Below are positions 50,858-64,000 of a stretch of DNA of 64,000 nucleotides, one piece after another. A program made the translations under genes and the position numbers. The notes under the pieces were generated by a model, which was not told where the DNA came from, made no database searches, and was given only the letters and a program-made list of their open reading frames with translations. The stretch is from Haliotis rufescens. Lineage: Eukaryota. The stretch's first letter is position 1. Each line of letters starts with the position of its first letter. The DNA lies in assembly GCF_023055435.1 (NCBI RefSeq), contig NW_025964112.1, forward strand, positions 10,478,001-10,542,000, read 5' to 3'.

Positions 50858-53800
50858 AAGAGCGATTAGCGTTACCAATCACTCACCACGGGGAGGTTGC
50901 TCTTCATGAGTGCCACCTAAGATCAGACGAAAGCTGAAGTACTTTTACATGGAATTTGTATGACAACAAACTAACCTAACTAAAGCGATATGGATGTGGC
51001 AATATGTATGCATGGGAAAGGAAAGATTCGTGGAGGTTACAACCTGTATGGTGAGTTACACCTGAGACAGAGAGACCATTGCGGCAGAGAAAACCTAAGA
51101 TACACAATTAACAACATCCCCCACCAGTAGGGAACCGATACCAACCCAAAGAACATTGTGCTACAAGTTGCTATTAGGATGAGGTAGTAGCAGCCGACTG
51201 CGGAGCCTGTCGTCTGAAGAAGTATTGAGCGCCAGTTGATCGTGAAGAATGCTCCACGTTTCCTAATGGACTGACTGTGGAACAAATGAATGACGATAGT
51301 TTCTGATCTCCTTTTTATTATGATTTAGTAAGATAATTTCACTACTGTTTCTTCTGTGAAATATTTTGATTTTAGAGACAAGATGTTTGTGCAGAGGAAT
51401 GGTGGTGTTAAACCGAACTCTCTTATTTCTGTAGCTTTAAAAGCACCCCTTTATCATAAATTAACGGACACAGATTGACAACTGGCTTCTGGCAAATTCC
51501 TTCTAATCAGCTTCATTTCTTCAAAGTATTTGGGGGCACGGGTGTGCAGAGATGCGTCCCTTAGGCATCTCTGAATCTTATGATTGTGGGTTCGAATCCC
51601 AGTTGAACCCAACTCACTCACTCACTCAGTCACTTCACAGTATTCCTGTGTTTCGTACAGTAATATGGCAATGAAAAATGTTTCACTAAATTCTCTTGAA
51701 AAAAAGTTTCTCCTGGTTTAACACTGTCCTTAATAGCTGTATTTGTGCACCAGTTTCGAAACTGAAATGCACTCACCATATGTTCCATTATGATGGTGTC
51801 AGTATAGCGAATATCCGGAAAATGGATTCCTAAATATATGGTCACGATTTTACACCCAAACTAGTGCTAATGGATCCATCACACCTGCTATTGAGGGATT
51901 TAAAATTTTCCATGACGTACATACATTTTTTATCACCAAATCAAATATTCTTTCAAATATTATAAAAGGCATATGCCTGATCATGTGATATATCCTGCTG
52001 CATCAGCTGATAATATTAACTAATTGTGTCTGTGTACCTTATGAAGCCATCTCACAATGTGTATGGTTGTCTACATGTGGACAGAGACTAATATTGAAGA
52101 ATTATAAAAAGTTAAAAAAATTGAAATTACAGCTAATTATTGCTTTTGAAGAGAGTGTATAATGTTTCCACGTGTGGTTATTTATGTCATTGTCTTTACC
52201 CCCAAAGGTCACGGGTGGCCCAGTGGTCTAAGGTGCCACGATTTGCTGTGTCCCTAAATCGTGCCACAAATATATGAAATCCTAGGCTCGCCCTGATTAT
52301 GTTTCTTGGGTATGTCAAAACCATGCCCGTGCTCGTCGGTTTCACCAAAGAGGTAAACACACAAGACCTTTTCACTTCACGTTTTCCCCCCACGTCATTT
52401 TGGCATGCAGTGAAATAATGTTAAATCAAACGCACTCTCATTCAGTAAACTCCTTCGCATGCAAGTGTAGTTGTCAGTTAGAGATGGCTAGATATTGTCG
52501 GTAATGCAGATCAGTATGTCTTTTTGTAAATGTTATACAAAACAGCACCGAACGAAGTTCGTTGTTCGAATCCTCCCCTGTTTAGGAATTGTTCTCAACA
52601 GGCATAAACGTATTTATAAATGAAAAACCCCCGATAGCTTTGATTAGGGCCGACCCGTCTTTTAATTAAAAGCTTTTGAATATTATAAATATTGCCCGAT
52701 CCTTTCTTAAAACTCTTGGGGAATGGGATCGTGGCTGGGGTTAAGTGGCACCTGGTCCACTTGGTTTGTCATAATTCCGGGCAAAGATCAACCTCACGAA
52801 TCTGACTGCGGAATTTCCTGTTCCAGTGTTTCACAGTTTGTCGTCCTATAACTGACATCTACTTACTGGTACTCACTAGGGCATTTGTGATTGTGTGTTT
52901 GTTTTTTAACGCCGCACTCAGCAATAATATTCCAGCTATATTTGTGTGGTGGGAGTTACACGATAAAATAGGACATGTTTACCCTTTTATGGAAATGTGC
53001 TGATATTCGGTGATGTTGTCATATGATTTTCATCACTATTTACCCCTTTACGCCAGATGTTTCTTTGTCGTTAACGTTTAAAATAGATGACTTCAAAATT
53101 AGATGACAAATTGGTATACCACAAGAACATTTTCTATTTGATGTACTTGAAGAATATAACACTCATGCATTTACAAACCAAAAACCATGTTCACCATTAG
53201 AACATGTCGTTGACAATAACATCCTTTGTCAGTTATTCAAATATGTCACCAAATATCGTAAACAGCCTGCTATCAACTGGGATCACAACTTTAAAATTAC
53301 GGATGCTATCGAAGCGTATGGCACAAGATGGGCTGACAGAGACGAAGAATGAGTGAGTGAGTTGGGTTTAATGCCGCTTTGTATTCAGTATTCCAGTTAT
53401 ATCCCGGCGTGTCTACTTAATGGAAGAAATCCCGAAGTGATGCAGGCCTGAGACGTTTACCACTTTGGTGAAGCCCACGAATACGGATATGATTCTGACA
53501 AACATAGAAACGTAATCGGGGCGAACCGAATTCGAATCCACAAGCATAAGTGTCCCAGAGAAGATGAACCGGTTGAATGTATTTTAGAGTGGGTTGGGTC
53601 AGTGCGTGATGTTGTGATTGATCAAATGGATAGAATGCGCAAACTGAAAAAAGAAGACACAGTCTGAGAGTTGGAGTAAACCCATTCTGTCTCAGCCAGC
53701 TGCCATCCAATGTCTGTCTGCCCTGTACGAAAAGTATGTAGTTGTTCCAACTGACAAGACCCTTAGATAACATAACCATCATATGACAAGCAGGCCGACA

Positions 53801-56800
53801 TTAGTTGTTTGATCCAAGAACCTGGTACACGTGACCTATCAAATAATGTCACATGTAAGACCGGTATGTTAACTGAGGAAAAACTCTGACAAAACCATGC
53901 ACCAGTTCTATCCACGGTTGCCTTCACTCTAAAAGCCATTGACGGGGATTACAGTACCGTAAAAATTATTGTCCCCCTGAGAGGATATGTAAGACCACCT
54001 CATTCAAAGAATATATATATCTACCCCATTTTAACTGCAGAAAATTTGTTCACTTTTAATTTCTGGCTAAACTTGAAACAATTGCCAGTAACTAAGGGAA
54101 AGTTGTAAATCATGCTGGGGAACCATGCAGGTAGCAGAGGTACCGTAAGTCTCCTTGGTCCCTAGTATGGTGACCTTACCTTTGTTGCTGGGGACCCCTA
54201 GCCCAATTTGTATATCGCATCGTTGCCCAATAATAGGTGTTTTAATGTTCTACAACTAGTTTTAAGAAAAACTGTGACATATTGCTATTTTTTATACTGT
54301 CCTTCGTCGACAGTTTTTTTTATAAATATTGTATAAATTGTTCAATTCACACTATGGCTGAAATATTGCCGACGTGACTTAAAATTACATTCACTCACTC
54401 ACTCACTCACTCACTCACTCACTTAACTCTAAAACCTGAGGATGTGACCATTTCCCTTTTGTATTGGATCAAAAAGCCCCATAAATGACACATTTTGCTT
54501 GGTCAAGCAAAATAACGTACCACCAAATCCCTGTCGCAATGATTAGTCATAGTCCGTAATACAGTCAAAGAAGGACTTTCTTTATTTTCTGAAAAAGTAT
54601 TTGAGACATGTGGGATTAAAACCCTGTGGATTCTCAAAAACTGAAAGGATTTGTTAAACTTAATGCAATCTTAACGAAGAACCAAGTTCAATTATGCGAA
54701 AACATTTGATTGTTCGACTTTGTACACAATTATCCCACACCATACACGTCAGGGATTACGCGGTTCCTTGAACCACGGCGCATTTGAAACTAAACGTGGT
54801 TCATGACAATTTGTCAAAACTGAAGCTGGGCTCATTTCAAGCATATATGTGACAGTTGAGGGTAGGACATTTACATGTATGCAACAGAGAGCCATCCCTA
54901 TGACCACCAGTTGTGCTTCTCCCGTGCTGATCTTCATCTTTATGCACACGAGTTAAAAGTCTAAGCTTCAGGTATACTGATGGTCTGATGTGATTCAATA
55001 ACCATCAAATAGCCAGTTCCCTTCCACTGATTTATCCACCTGAACTAGAAATACAAGAAACCAATGAAACCATCTTGTCTGAGTCATACTTAGAGTCATA
55101 ATTATATGCATAACGATTCAGAGGGACAAAAGTAAACTCTAAACAAGACTGTTTAAGGAAATGACTTAAACTTTCAAAAAGTCAAATGTCCCTTTATGTC
55201 GAGCAATATTCAAGCAGCTCCAGCCTTCGGTGTCTACTTTTCTTAACTGTTGAGGTACATGTTCATTCGAGCCTGCTCTTTCGACGAAGATTTTAAAGAT
55301 GTCATGCGGTTCTTGCTCAAAAGATGTTTGAACATAGTTTCAACATTGAAATCCTTACTAAAGCTTTCGAAATTGTTTATAATGGACGTGTGGAGGACAT
55401 TTCCTAATTTGTGATCATCAGTGACAAAAATTATGGCCGATGCATTTCCCTATTTTGATTTGTACTGTAAGTTCCCGTGTATTGAGGTAAACAATTGACT
55501 TGCCTTTGCATGTGTTTGTGACGGGTACACATTTTGTTAATGATTAAGGAAATTGTTTTGTTGCTTTTGTTCTATTCTTCACTTTTCTGTTCCAGGTGCC
55601 AGTTAGCAAAGACATACACACACAAAAATATTACATTTTCAATGTTTCATACAAAATAAAATTTAACGTTTGTTTATCTACAATATACGTTGATGATAAC
55701 ATTACAAATTTCAATTTGTATAAACAGATATAACAGCTGTTGATGGGCTCATGGTTGAAGTGTCAGACAATCAGTATTGAGTTTGTTTCACCAATCACGT
55801 CTCTAACACTACTTGTGAATCTTCACACGGGACTGCGAGGTAGCTGGAAAGTGCTGTCATGAAAACACGATGTTATCATCCGCCATGTGATACAGACGGA
55901 AGCCAGATAAATGTATTGTTGAGACCAAGTAGTAATGGATCAGCTGTGTTTTAGTTTGAGTTATTGATTCTACTGGACACTATTTTTTTAGAAGAGCTAT
56001 AAACATCAACATAACAGTTACATATATTTCCGCCATCACGTTTAATACACTAACGATGCAAAACTCGGAAATAAAGCGGCAAAACCCTTTCCATATTTAT
56101 AAGAAATCTATATTGTACGATTTCGAGAATATTTGAAGCATGTTTTTTTATGAATCCATATGAAATAATGATGATACCAGGTGTTCGCGAAAAGATGAGC
56201 ACATGCAAAGGCAAGTCAATTGTCCATAAAACTCAAAATAGGGAATTGCACCAGACATAATTTTGTCACTGATGAACAGACCTTGCGCCATGCACAATAC
56301 AGAGTTATTGTGTATAGAAACATCCTCCATCCAACCGTTTGTACTTGCTTCAAATGCAACCAGGACAAGACTGTATATCTTCTCAAGATGTCAGGGATCA
56401 CGTGTGAGTTATGCCTTGAGTTTAATTTCGATTCTGATCTGTCTGTCTGATGTGACGAATCGCAAAAACATTTTCGACCGATTTAACGTATACTGATATT
56501 GATAACACAGCTGCCTATTATTTGATCACAAATACATATTTCACTAGCACGAAATAACAAATGTGTAGCAATTGTGCTCATGCGTTGAAAAATTGATTTA
56601 ACATCAAGTAAACAAACATGATATAAATAGAATATTGCTGACGACGCCTTTCATCTATATGCTCATGATATAGTTGGAACCGTAAAATCGACTCAGCTTT
56701 TGGCAAAGATTTCTTGTAAACATGGAGTTTTTTCGGTCGCTTTTACCTTTGTGACAATCAGTGACAAAAATAATGCCCGATGAAATAACTTATTTTGACT

Positions 56801-57042
56801 TGTACAAATTGTTCCCGTGTTTTCAGGTGAACTATTGAGTTGTCTTACCATGTGTTTGGTGGCCTGGATATGCTCACATTTTCGCAAAAACGTGGTATCA
56901 TCACTACTCGATTTATATAATAACGCCAGAGAATAACCCACAATTGATATAGTCGGTATAATACAGTGGAGAAAAATCTTATGACCATGCAAATTGTAAT
57001 GGTTGCTTTTATTCTATTCTACACTTTTCCGTCTCCCGTATG

Positions 57043-57043
<1 letters not shown>

Positions 57044-57098
<55 letters not shown>
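57044..57098. repeat. (CA)n microsatellite
   Basis: Directly visible; corresponds to the N-gap at 34343-34473 in copy A. Confidence 0.98.
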
Positions 57099-57100
<2 letters not shown>

Positions 57101-59317
57101 TTGCAATGTTTCAGATAAAATAAAATTTTGCTTTTCTGCAATATACGTTGATGATAACATTACAAGTATCAAATTGTTCCAACATAGATATAACTGCTGT
57201 TGATTAGCTGTTTGTTTGTTTATTATTCAACGCCGCACTCAGCAATATTCCAGCTGTACGACGGTAAATAATCGAGTATGGACCAGACAATCAACTGATT
57301 GACGTCATGAGCAGCGATCCAAGCAATTGGGATACGATGACATGCATCAATCAAGTCAGCGAGCTTGACGACCTGATGCCGTTAGTCGCCTCTTAAGACA
57401 AGCATAGTCGCCTTTTACGGCAAGCATGGGTTGCTGAAGACCTATTCGAACCCGGATCTTCACTAGGCAGCTGTTGGTTAGATATCAGTGCACAACTGAA
57501 TGAAATACAAAACATGGAATTAGTTCTACAGCCGAGTTCATCGTTCAAATACCAAAGGTAAAAACGTGCATCACAATACACATCGTCATGGAACGTGTAT
57601 AATAAAATACATTTCTTGCATTATGGACCCACCACTTGATAGTGGTGTTTGCGTGTTTGAATAAATATTGTAAATATCAAATCTGTATCACAGTGCATAT
57701 CGAGTTTGGATCGGCAAACCTTTGGTTAATATCATGAGCAACGTTGTGAGCAGGTGGGGTTCCAGATAAAAGGGCTAAAACAATGCCTAGTTCTAGTTTA
57801 CATGCATGGTGTTCTTGGAAATAAAAGCGGCAAAACCCTTTCCATATTCATAAGAAATCTCTGCCAAAGGCAGAATCGATTGTACGATGCCGACTATATC
57901 ATGACAATGTAATTATGAATTACTATCACATAGTTATGATACCAGGTGTTCGCGAAAAGATGATCGTATATATCCTCCCCCACATAAGGCACCCATCACA
58001 AACACACGCAAAGGCAAGTCAATTTATTCACCATAATAACCCTGGAATATATGGTACAAGTCAAAAAGGGAATTGCATTTGACATCATGTTTGTCACTGA
58101 TGCGTCAAAATTGGAAATGTCCTACCATAAAACATTTTGAAAGATTTACTGAGGCTTTGAATGTTGTAACATTGATCAAACAACTTTTGAGTCTTATAAA
58201 ATACATTGTAGATCACAATATCACAAAACAAACATATGAATCTTTTTCTTTCTATGGAATTTTCGGGAAATGGACCTTGAAGAAATTTGGACACCGGGCC
58301 TTGGGCGCTTGAAACATTGTGAAAATAGCATTTAGTCAAGAAGAAGGCATCGACATGGGCAAAACCTTGGTGATCACCACCTCACTCATGTGCTTTTATA
58401 TGGATATGAATGGGAAATTGCATACAAAATATCAAATCAAAACGACATTAGTCCTTTCTTCAGGTGAGCTTACACACACAATATTGTCGACAATTCTGAA
58501 CATTCATGGATCTGTATGACACGATCAAAACTGATTATTTTGAGATTTTATTAAAATGAAATTGTCATTATCCAAGGTTAATTGTGGTTTGTCTTTGTTT
58601 GCAAGTCTTGATATCAACTATCGTGTTTCAGTATAACCCAACCGACACTAAACGGTATTTTGAATTGGTATTGTGCATCACCAACAATGTTTTTTACCAT
58701 CATATCACTGTTACAAACTAAGAAAAATAGATGTAACTAATTAATTAATATTTACAAAGTTTAAAAAATGCAAATGACTAATTATCTTTTATCACGTCTA
58801 TTGATACCAGGGAAGGTCTTATGTATGTTTTATGCCTGGAATATTGTTGAGTGCAGCGCTTAACAGTCACTATTATTTTGTATATCCAATATCAACGTTA
58901 CACTCGCCTCATGTCCACAATAACGTCAGCCATATGTTTTCTTGTCTAATAATGTTTACGCCCTTCTGATTGGTTGAATTTGATTGGAGGCCAACCCACA
59001 AGGTATGACTGACACTTCATTGACAGTGTGGATAAATGAAGATTACGTATTTCTTCCGTGTACTGATCAGCGGATTAATACGATAAATATAACACACTAA
59101 AAACGAGCACAAGCTAAGAGTAGCATATCGTGATTCATGCATATAAATGCAATGATACTGAGAGAGTACTGAATTCAACATAATCTATAAACAGCTATAC
59201 AGTGTCTATACATAATATATCCAAACTTACAGATGCAATTTATGTATAATACGTTCGATATGAATCTGAAAAATACTTACAGGTGCTTTTTAATCCAGGG
59301 AATATGTGAATCAGTAT

Positions 59318-59545
59318 TGTAGTGTTCAGCAGTAGTCGGTTTAATGTTATAATTTTATGGTTCGTTGTTAGATGTAATGTATTGTTAACCGGGCGTCTCG
59401 TGACCTGTACCTCATTCTCAGACGTTAATTAAATGTCCGGCCGGCACGTCGTCTTGTGTTTCTGTTCGTCCTTGTCTTGGTCTCCCTCCAGCGTCACGTC
59501 TTGCCCAAATAATTAGAATGAGTATGTAGAACCCACAACGCTAGA
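59318..59545. mobile_element. Solo LTR, duplicated copy
   Basis: Same element and agtat TSD in duplication copy B. Confidence 0.83.
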
Positions 59546-60728
59546 AGTATGTGCACAAGGAAATGCATCCACGTCTTGTATCAATCTCCACATGCAAATA
59601 AACACCTGAACACATCTTTCATATGAAACTTCTTTCGCATTCACAATCCGCAACCGTGGTGTACTAAACTCCAAACGAATACAGTTGCCGTCCACTTACA
59701 GTTTTATGCACGCGAGTTCCTACAATGACCGGAATCCTTTCCAGCTGGCGATCACCTCGTGCGACGCACGTGCTGGACGGATTGGGTCGATAAGTAGCGT
59801 ATCACTTATGATGAAAACCACAATGCACAATATTATTTGTTCACTCATTGTAATGATAACCGTTATCCAATCTGTGACACATGACTCTGACTGAGGTTGT
59901 TATCAGTTGCTTGTGAAATACAGGTGGCTATGTTACAAAATAACTGTTTCCAACTATGAAGCAGATTTATGGCGGATATATGGAGGATATTTCATAAGTG
60001 GTGAAGCCACAAATGCAGATGCCAACCTTGTCATGCAAAGAGATGCGCTAACCATGCTATTTGACAAGAAAAGATAAAATCTTGTATCCACATGTGTGTC
60101 ATGTATTTTCTTAGTGAACTTCACGACCTATCAGTGAAAGGTTTACAGTCACTAGGAAAGACTGAAATAAGTTCAGACCTGAAGTGTTATTTCACTCAAG
60201 TGAGATATGGAGTTTAAATACAGCATACAAATCAGACAGTTACAGCAATAAATACATACCAAATGGCGGATATCTAATCCGTCCGCCAGATGTACAATTT
60301 ACATCAACATTCTGCTCGTGTTATATATGCCTGTAGTTGCCTGCATGCCTGAATGTTAAACCTCAAATAACAACAGTTGTGTTGTATTTTATATATTATC
60401 TGTTTTACATCCAAGTAGTGTTTTTCGCCAGGACACAGGGTTATTATATGGCGCATCACTTGTCATGAACAACACACTGTGTTAACTTGAAAGCAACTAT
60501 CAGAAATACATATAAACTTTGTAATGCAATAGTAATCTGTTCAGTTCATTTTTAAGCTAATGTTTTGCTCTATTCTGCATTACAACATTATTGTAATTCA
60601 ACTCATCTCACTGTTTTCAAGTGACAAGCGTCACAATTTACTATAATGATTGGTGACCATTACCCACCACGTTCCACTTGTCTTGGGTCGAAGTCTTGCA
60701 CACGCCTACAACCGATGTACTTTAGCTG

Positions 60729-60797
60729 CTGTGTGTGTGTGTGCGCGCGTGCGTGTGTGCGTGCGTGCGTGCGTGCGTGCGTGTGTGTGTGTGTGTG
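60729..60797. repeat. Compound (GT)n/(GCGT)n microsatellite
   Basis: Directly visible; corresponds to the N-gap at 38109-38277 in copy A. Confidence 0.95.
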
Positions 60798-61577
60798 AGG
60801 GGGTGGGGTTGGTGGCCTTGGGGTTGCGGACTTTTTCCAACTTTATAATTAGAGCTCATTGAGATGCCGTGTCGCAGTTTAACATGGATACGCCACACAG
60901 ACAAATTGTAGGGATTCAGTGTGTTCTCCCCTTTATGTCGAGCGACAGGGAAGGTACTAAGAACAAATACAATCTTTGAATGCATTTTGGTATGACGCGG
61001 TCAGGGGGACAGTGCAACTGACCTTCTGTTCTCTGGATAGACGCTCGATCCACTGCACCGCGGAGGCGGTTACGTACACATGGAAGCAGGAAACATTAAC
61101 ATTAAATGTGATTGATAATGTGACATTGGTATCGTCGTCCAGCCATACGTTGTGCACGTTCATTTGTTTATGACAAACAGGAATTCTGTCCAGTAGTTTA
61201 ACATTGTATAGTGCTTGGAAACATCGTGGACGATTGCATCAACAATTTCCAAGAAATAATCGAAGTAGGTCTTGTCCTGTCGGTATAAAAAGGCAAGGGA
61301 CAAACACAGGACATCGTTTGATCAGTTAATCCACACCATGCCTATGTAAAGGATAATAATCATATTAGATACCTGTATAACAGGCCAGGCTTTAAGTTAT
61401 TCTAATGTGTTAAAAATAAAATATAATACTGAAAATGTATTTTTCCTTTTTGTTATTCAGTTTAGTATAAGATTTGCTGTTTTCATTTAACCAGAAATTA
61501 ATTGTACTTATCCTAATCGTAACACACGTTACTTATGCGAACTAATTGTTTTTTAAACCTCTCCATTTGAAACACAG

Positions 61578-61945
61578 TAGGTTATCTCTAGGATGTTTAC
61601 AACTTTGGGGATGTTAATTGATTGTCTAAAAGAAAGAGATTCTCACCCTTGACAGGGCCACAGATGATAATGACGGGTAGTGTTATTATGGTTTGTTTGA
61701 AGACCCCGTGTCCAGGACCTACCTATTCTGGTCTCACATCGACGGTTCGATTCTCTGTATTGATTTCATCAAAGATGGTGTTAATCTGTACACTGAGTAT
61801 TGTTCGGGGAATGTTAAGTATGGCGTTGTTACCCTAACTGCATGGTCCAGGTTAACGAAGGGAAGAAAGTCTTGTGGAAGAAATGGACAAAAAGTGGACA
61901 AATCTACAACAACTTTGTGGCACTCTCCTTCATTACCGTCGAGGC
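61578..61945 (+). pseudogene. C1q-domain pseudogene
   Basis: IV*KKEILTLDRATDDNDG*CYYGLFEDPVSRTYLFWSHI...KDGVNLYT...YGVVTL aligns to gene B IVQNQEVLKFDTVTDNNGGGY...GIFEAPVSGTYLFW. Stops at 61627 and 61678. After frameshifts it continues MVQVNEGKKVLW and then GTLLH. Confidence 0.8.
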
Positions 61946-64000
61946 TCCACAAAACATGCCAGCATCAAAGTCAATGATGATTTATTTCGAATTATATCAT
62001 GAAAGTAGGTTTGTTCTTTGATCTGATCAGTTAAAAGGGTTGTCGAATGAGCATGACATCACTTACATTTTTTGGTCTCATCACTGAATATTTACACATT
62101 CATTAATGGAACTATTTTTTTAATCCTCACCACTTGTGAAATTGGATGCATTTCCTGAGATGACTTAAAACATTGTAGGTAAATAAAATGCACCTTGGAC
62201 CATTAATTACACAATCATAAACATGTAATTTGCTTGGGCTTGATCAAAGAACAAAAAAACCTCAGTTTCTAAGGGAGAAATAAACTCATTTATTCGACTT
62301 TTACTACGTCTATAATTGTTAAGACTTTCATACACCCACATAATTATGTTATTATTACCCACAACAGCTGTTGAAACTGAAATGTGTTCCCATGGTAGAC
62401 CCTGAACCGGGTCCAGTGTCACCAGCAAAACCGACGTCAAATAAAAACCTGTCCGTCTCTTGATGTGAAAGCTGTGCAGGATATTGTAGATAAGAACCTC
62501 CCAAAATTAGTTAACATATTTCGACGTAAGACAATAAAGAATATTTACAAACAACACAAATCTAAAATTCAGTATTACCTCCTTTACCCCATTGACTAAG
62601 CAATTTAAAGCGTGCTGAATGTATCGTCATCAAAGTTTGCAAAAATCTTAACCGAATACCTTAGCGATCTTAACGTTATATGATAATAACGTTAACATAC
62701 ATAAATGAAAACAAGTTAGGCCCACTTACTGTTACAGTTGTACCCTGAAGCAGGACATCCGTTCACACCTTAATTTCAGGCGAGTTAACACTATCTTTGA
62801 AAGGGGTAATAAATACGTATTCCTAGTTTAATTATGTGTATTTTGAAGATACACATGCCTATCAATTGCAAAATAAAAGAAGAACTGTGAGAAAGAACTA
62901 AATTTATGAATGTTTTGTGAAGGCGTGACCACTCCTTTGGAAAAATGAACAATCATAATTGGAGTACCTTTACACCAGTGATTGGTCTCGCGGCATCCCA
63001 TGTCATGCATTTCGCCGATGGTAAGCACGTGGACACATTTCGCTGATGACAGTTCGGTTGCATCATGCTCGAATGAATGAGTTCATCCTGAACACGATTT
63101 TAAAGAACTTTCATATTACAATTAGATTATAAATATCACGGGTTTTTTAAATTTTGCGTGATGTATGCTGAATGGATGTACGAAATGTCTTTCATTTGAA
63201 CACTCCACATTTCGGCATGAGATTCAAATGCAATTTTCGTACATCCATTCAGCATAACATCCTAATTAATGTCTTCTCATCTTATCGGGCTTCTTGTATT
63301 ATCATGCCTTTGTGATATATATGAGAAAAAGACATCAAGACAAAAGGAAAGCATGTGTTATGAATATGCTATGGCTACAAACTTTTTTCTCTCGCAATAC
63401 TGTTTGTTAAAAGGTTTGACGTGCGGACAGAATGAGCCAGTGATGAAAGTATTGTTGTTTCAACAGCGTTAGAACACCTAGACATTTTGGTAAGGACGGG
63501 GATCACCAGCACCCTGTGTTTGTTGTAAGAGGCCACTGGTGGTCAGGCTCGATGACTTGGCTGATTGCATGTATCCCAACTGCGTGAATCGATGCTCGTG
63601 ATGTCAATCGATTGATTGTCGTGTCAAGATTCGAATATTTACAGACCCTCGTCATACAGCTGGACTATTGCTGTGTGCGGTGTTCAACATAAAAAGAAGA
63701 ACTAAGCATATATTTTGCCGTCGTACTTGTATTAAACTTTTGTCCCATGACAATTATTCCTGACAATTTCCTTCACAGGTTTAACACCATTTTCGTCTCC
63801 TCGGCTTATCTCGCGATCAATACAGTACCAACGGAAAAATGAGAATATTTTACAAGCCCACCTTTCACAAATGCGTCGTTGCGCATTGTCAGCAGATCTG
63901 CGTCAGAAGTTCAACAGTACTTCCTTCATACAATCTTTCCATTGCTGACTACGATTTACGTCATCCTGTTGCCGCAAGAATCATGTAAATTATGCACATT

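Larger units (their letters stand above)
50916..64000 (+). repeat. Segmental duplication, copy B (runs off the window end)
   Basis: Same order of SINEs, PLE fragments, solo LTR and hairpins as 29029-40375. Has extra sequence at about 51003-51476, 54525-55100 and 61065-62285. Confidence 0.95.

Overview
AT-rich, intron-containing animal genomic DNA with four N-gaps. It is most likely a mollusc, possibly a gastropod such as abalone; this is inferred from the SINE types, Naiad-like retroelements and C1q-domain genes. Host genes are (i) the last three coding exons of a ZP-domain protein on + (922-4950: ZP-C cysteines, RKKR furin site, hydrophobic C-terminal tail) and (ii) a small cluster of secreted C1q-domain (C1qDC) genes. 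The cluster has an intact + gene (15881-16157 + 18867-19252, 220 aa), an intact - gene (48569-48407 + 43914-43511, 188 aa) and a C1q pseudogene (~61580-61940). The - gene also carries a second, paralogous leader exon whose ATG has lost one base, followed by a 55-bp array that repeats its splice donor. About 29.0-40.4 kb is duplicated at ~50.9-64 kb. The rest is decayed transposons: at least four SINE-like families sharing one LINE-type 3' tail, nested Naiad-like Penelope fragments, I/Nimb-like and CR1/L2-like LINE pieces, a Gypsy gag with tRNA-Pro PBS, a solo LTR, Tc1 and mariner relics, a THAP relic and MITEs. The best candidates for novelty are a covarying, pseudoknot-capable RNA motif at the 5' end of a tRNA-less SINE-like family (possible self-processing RNA) and the modular leader-exon/promoter architecture of the C1qDC genes. 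All coordinates were read by eye; repeat boundaries are approximate.
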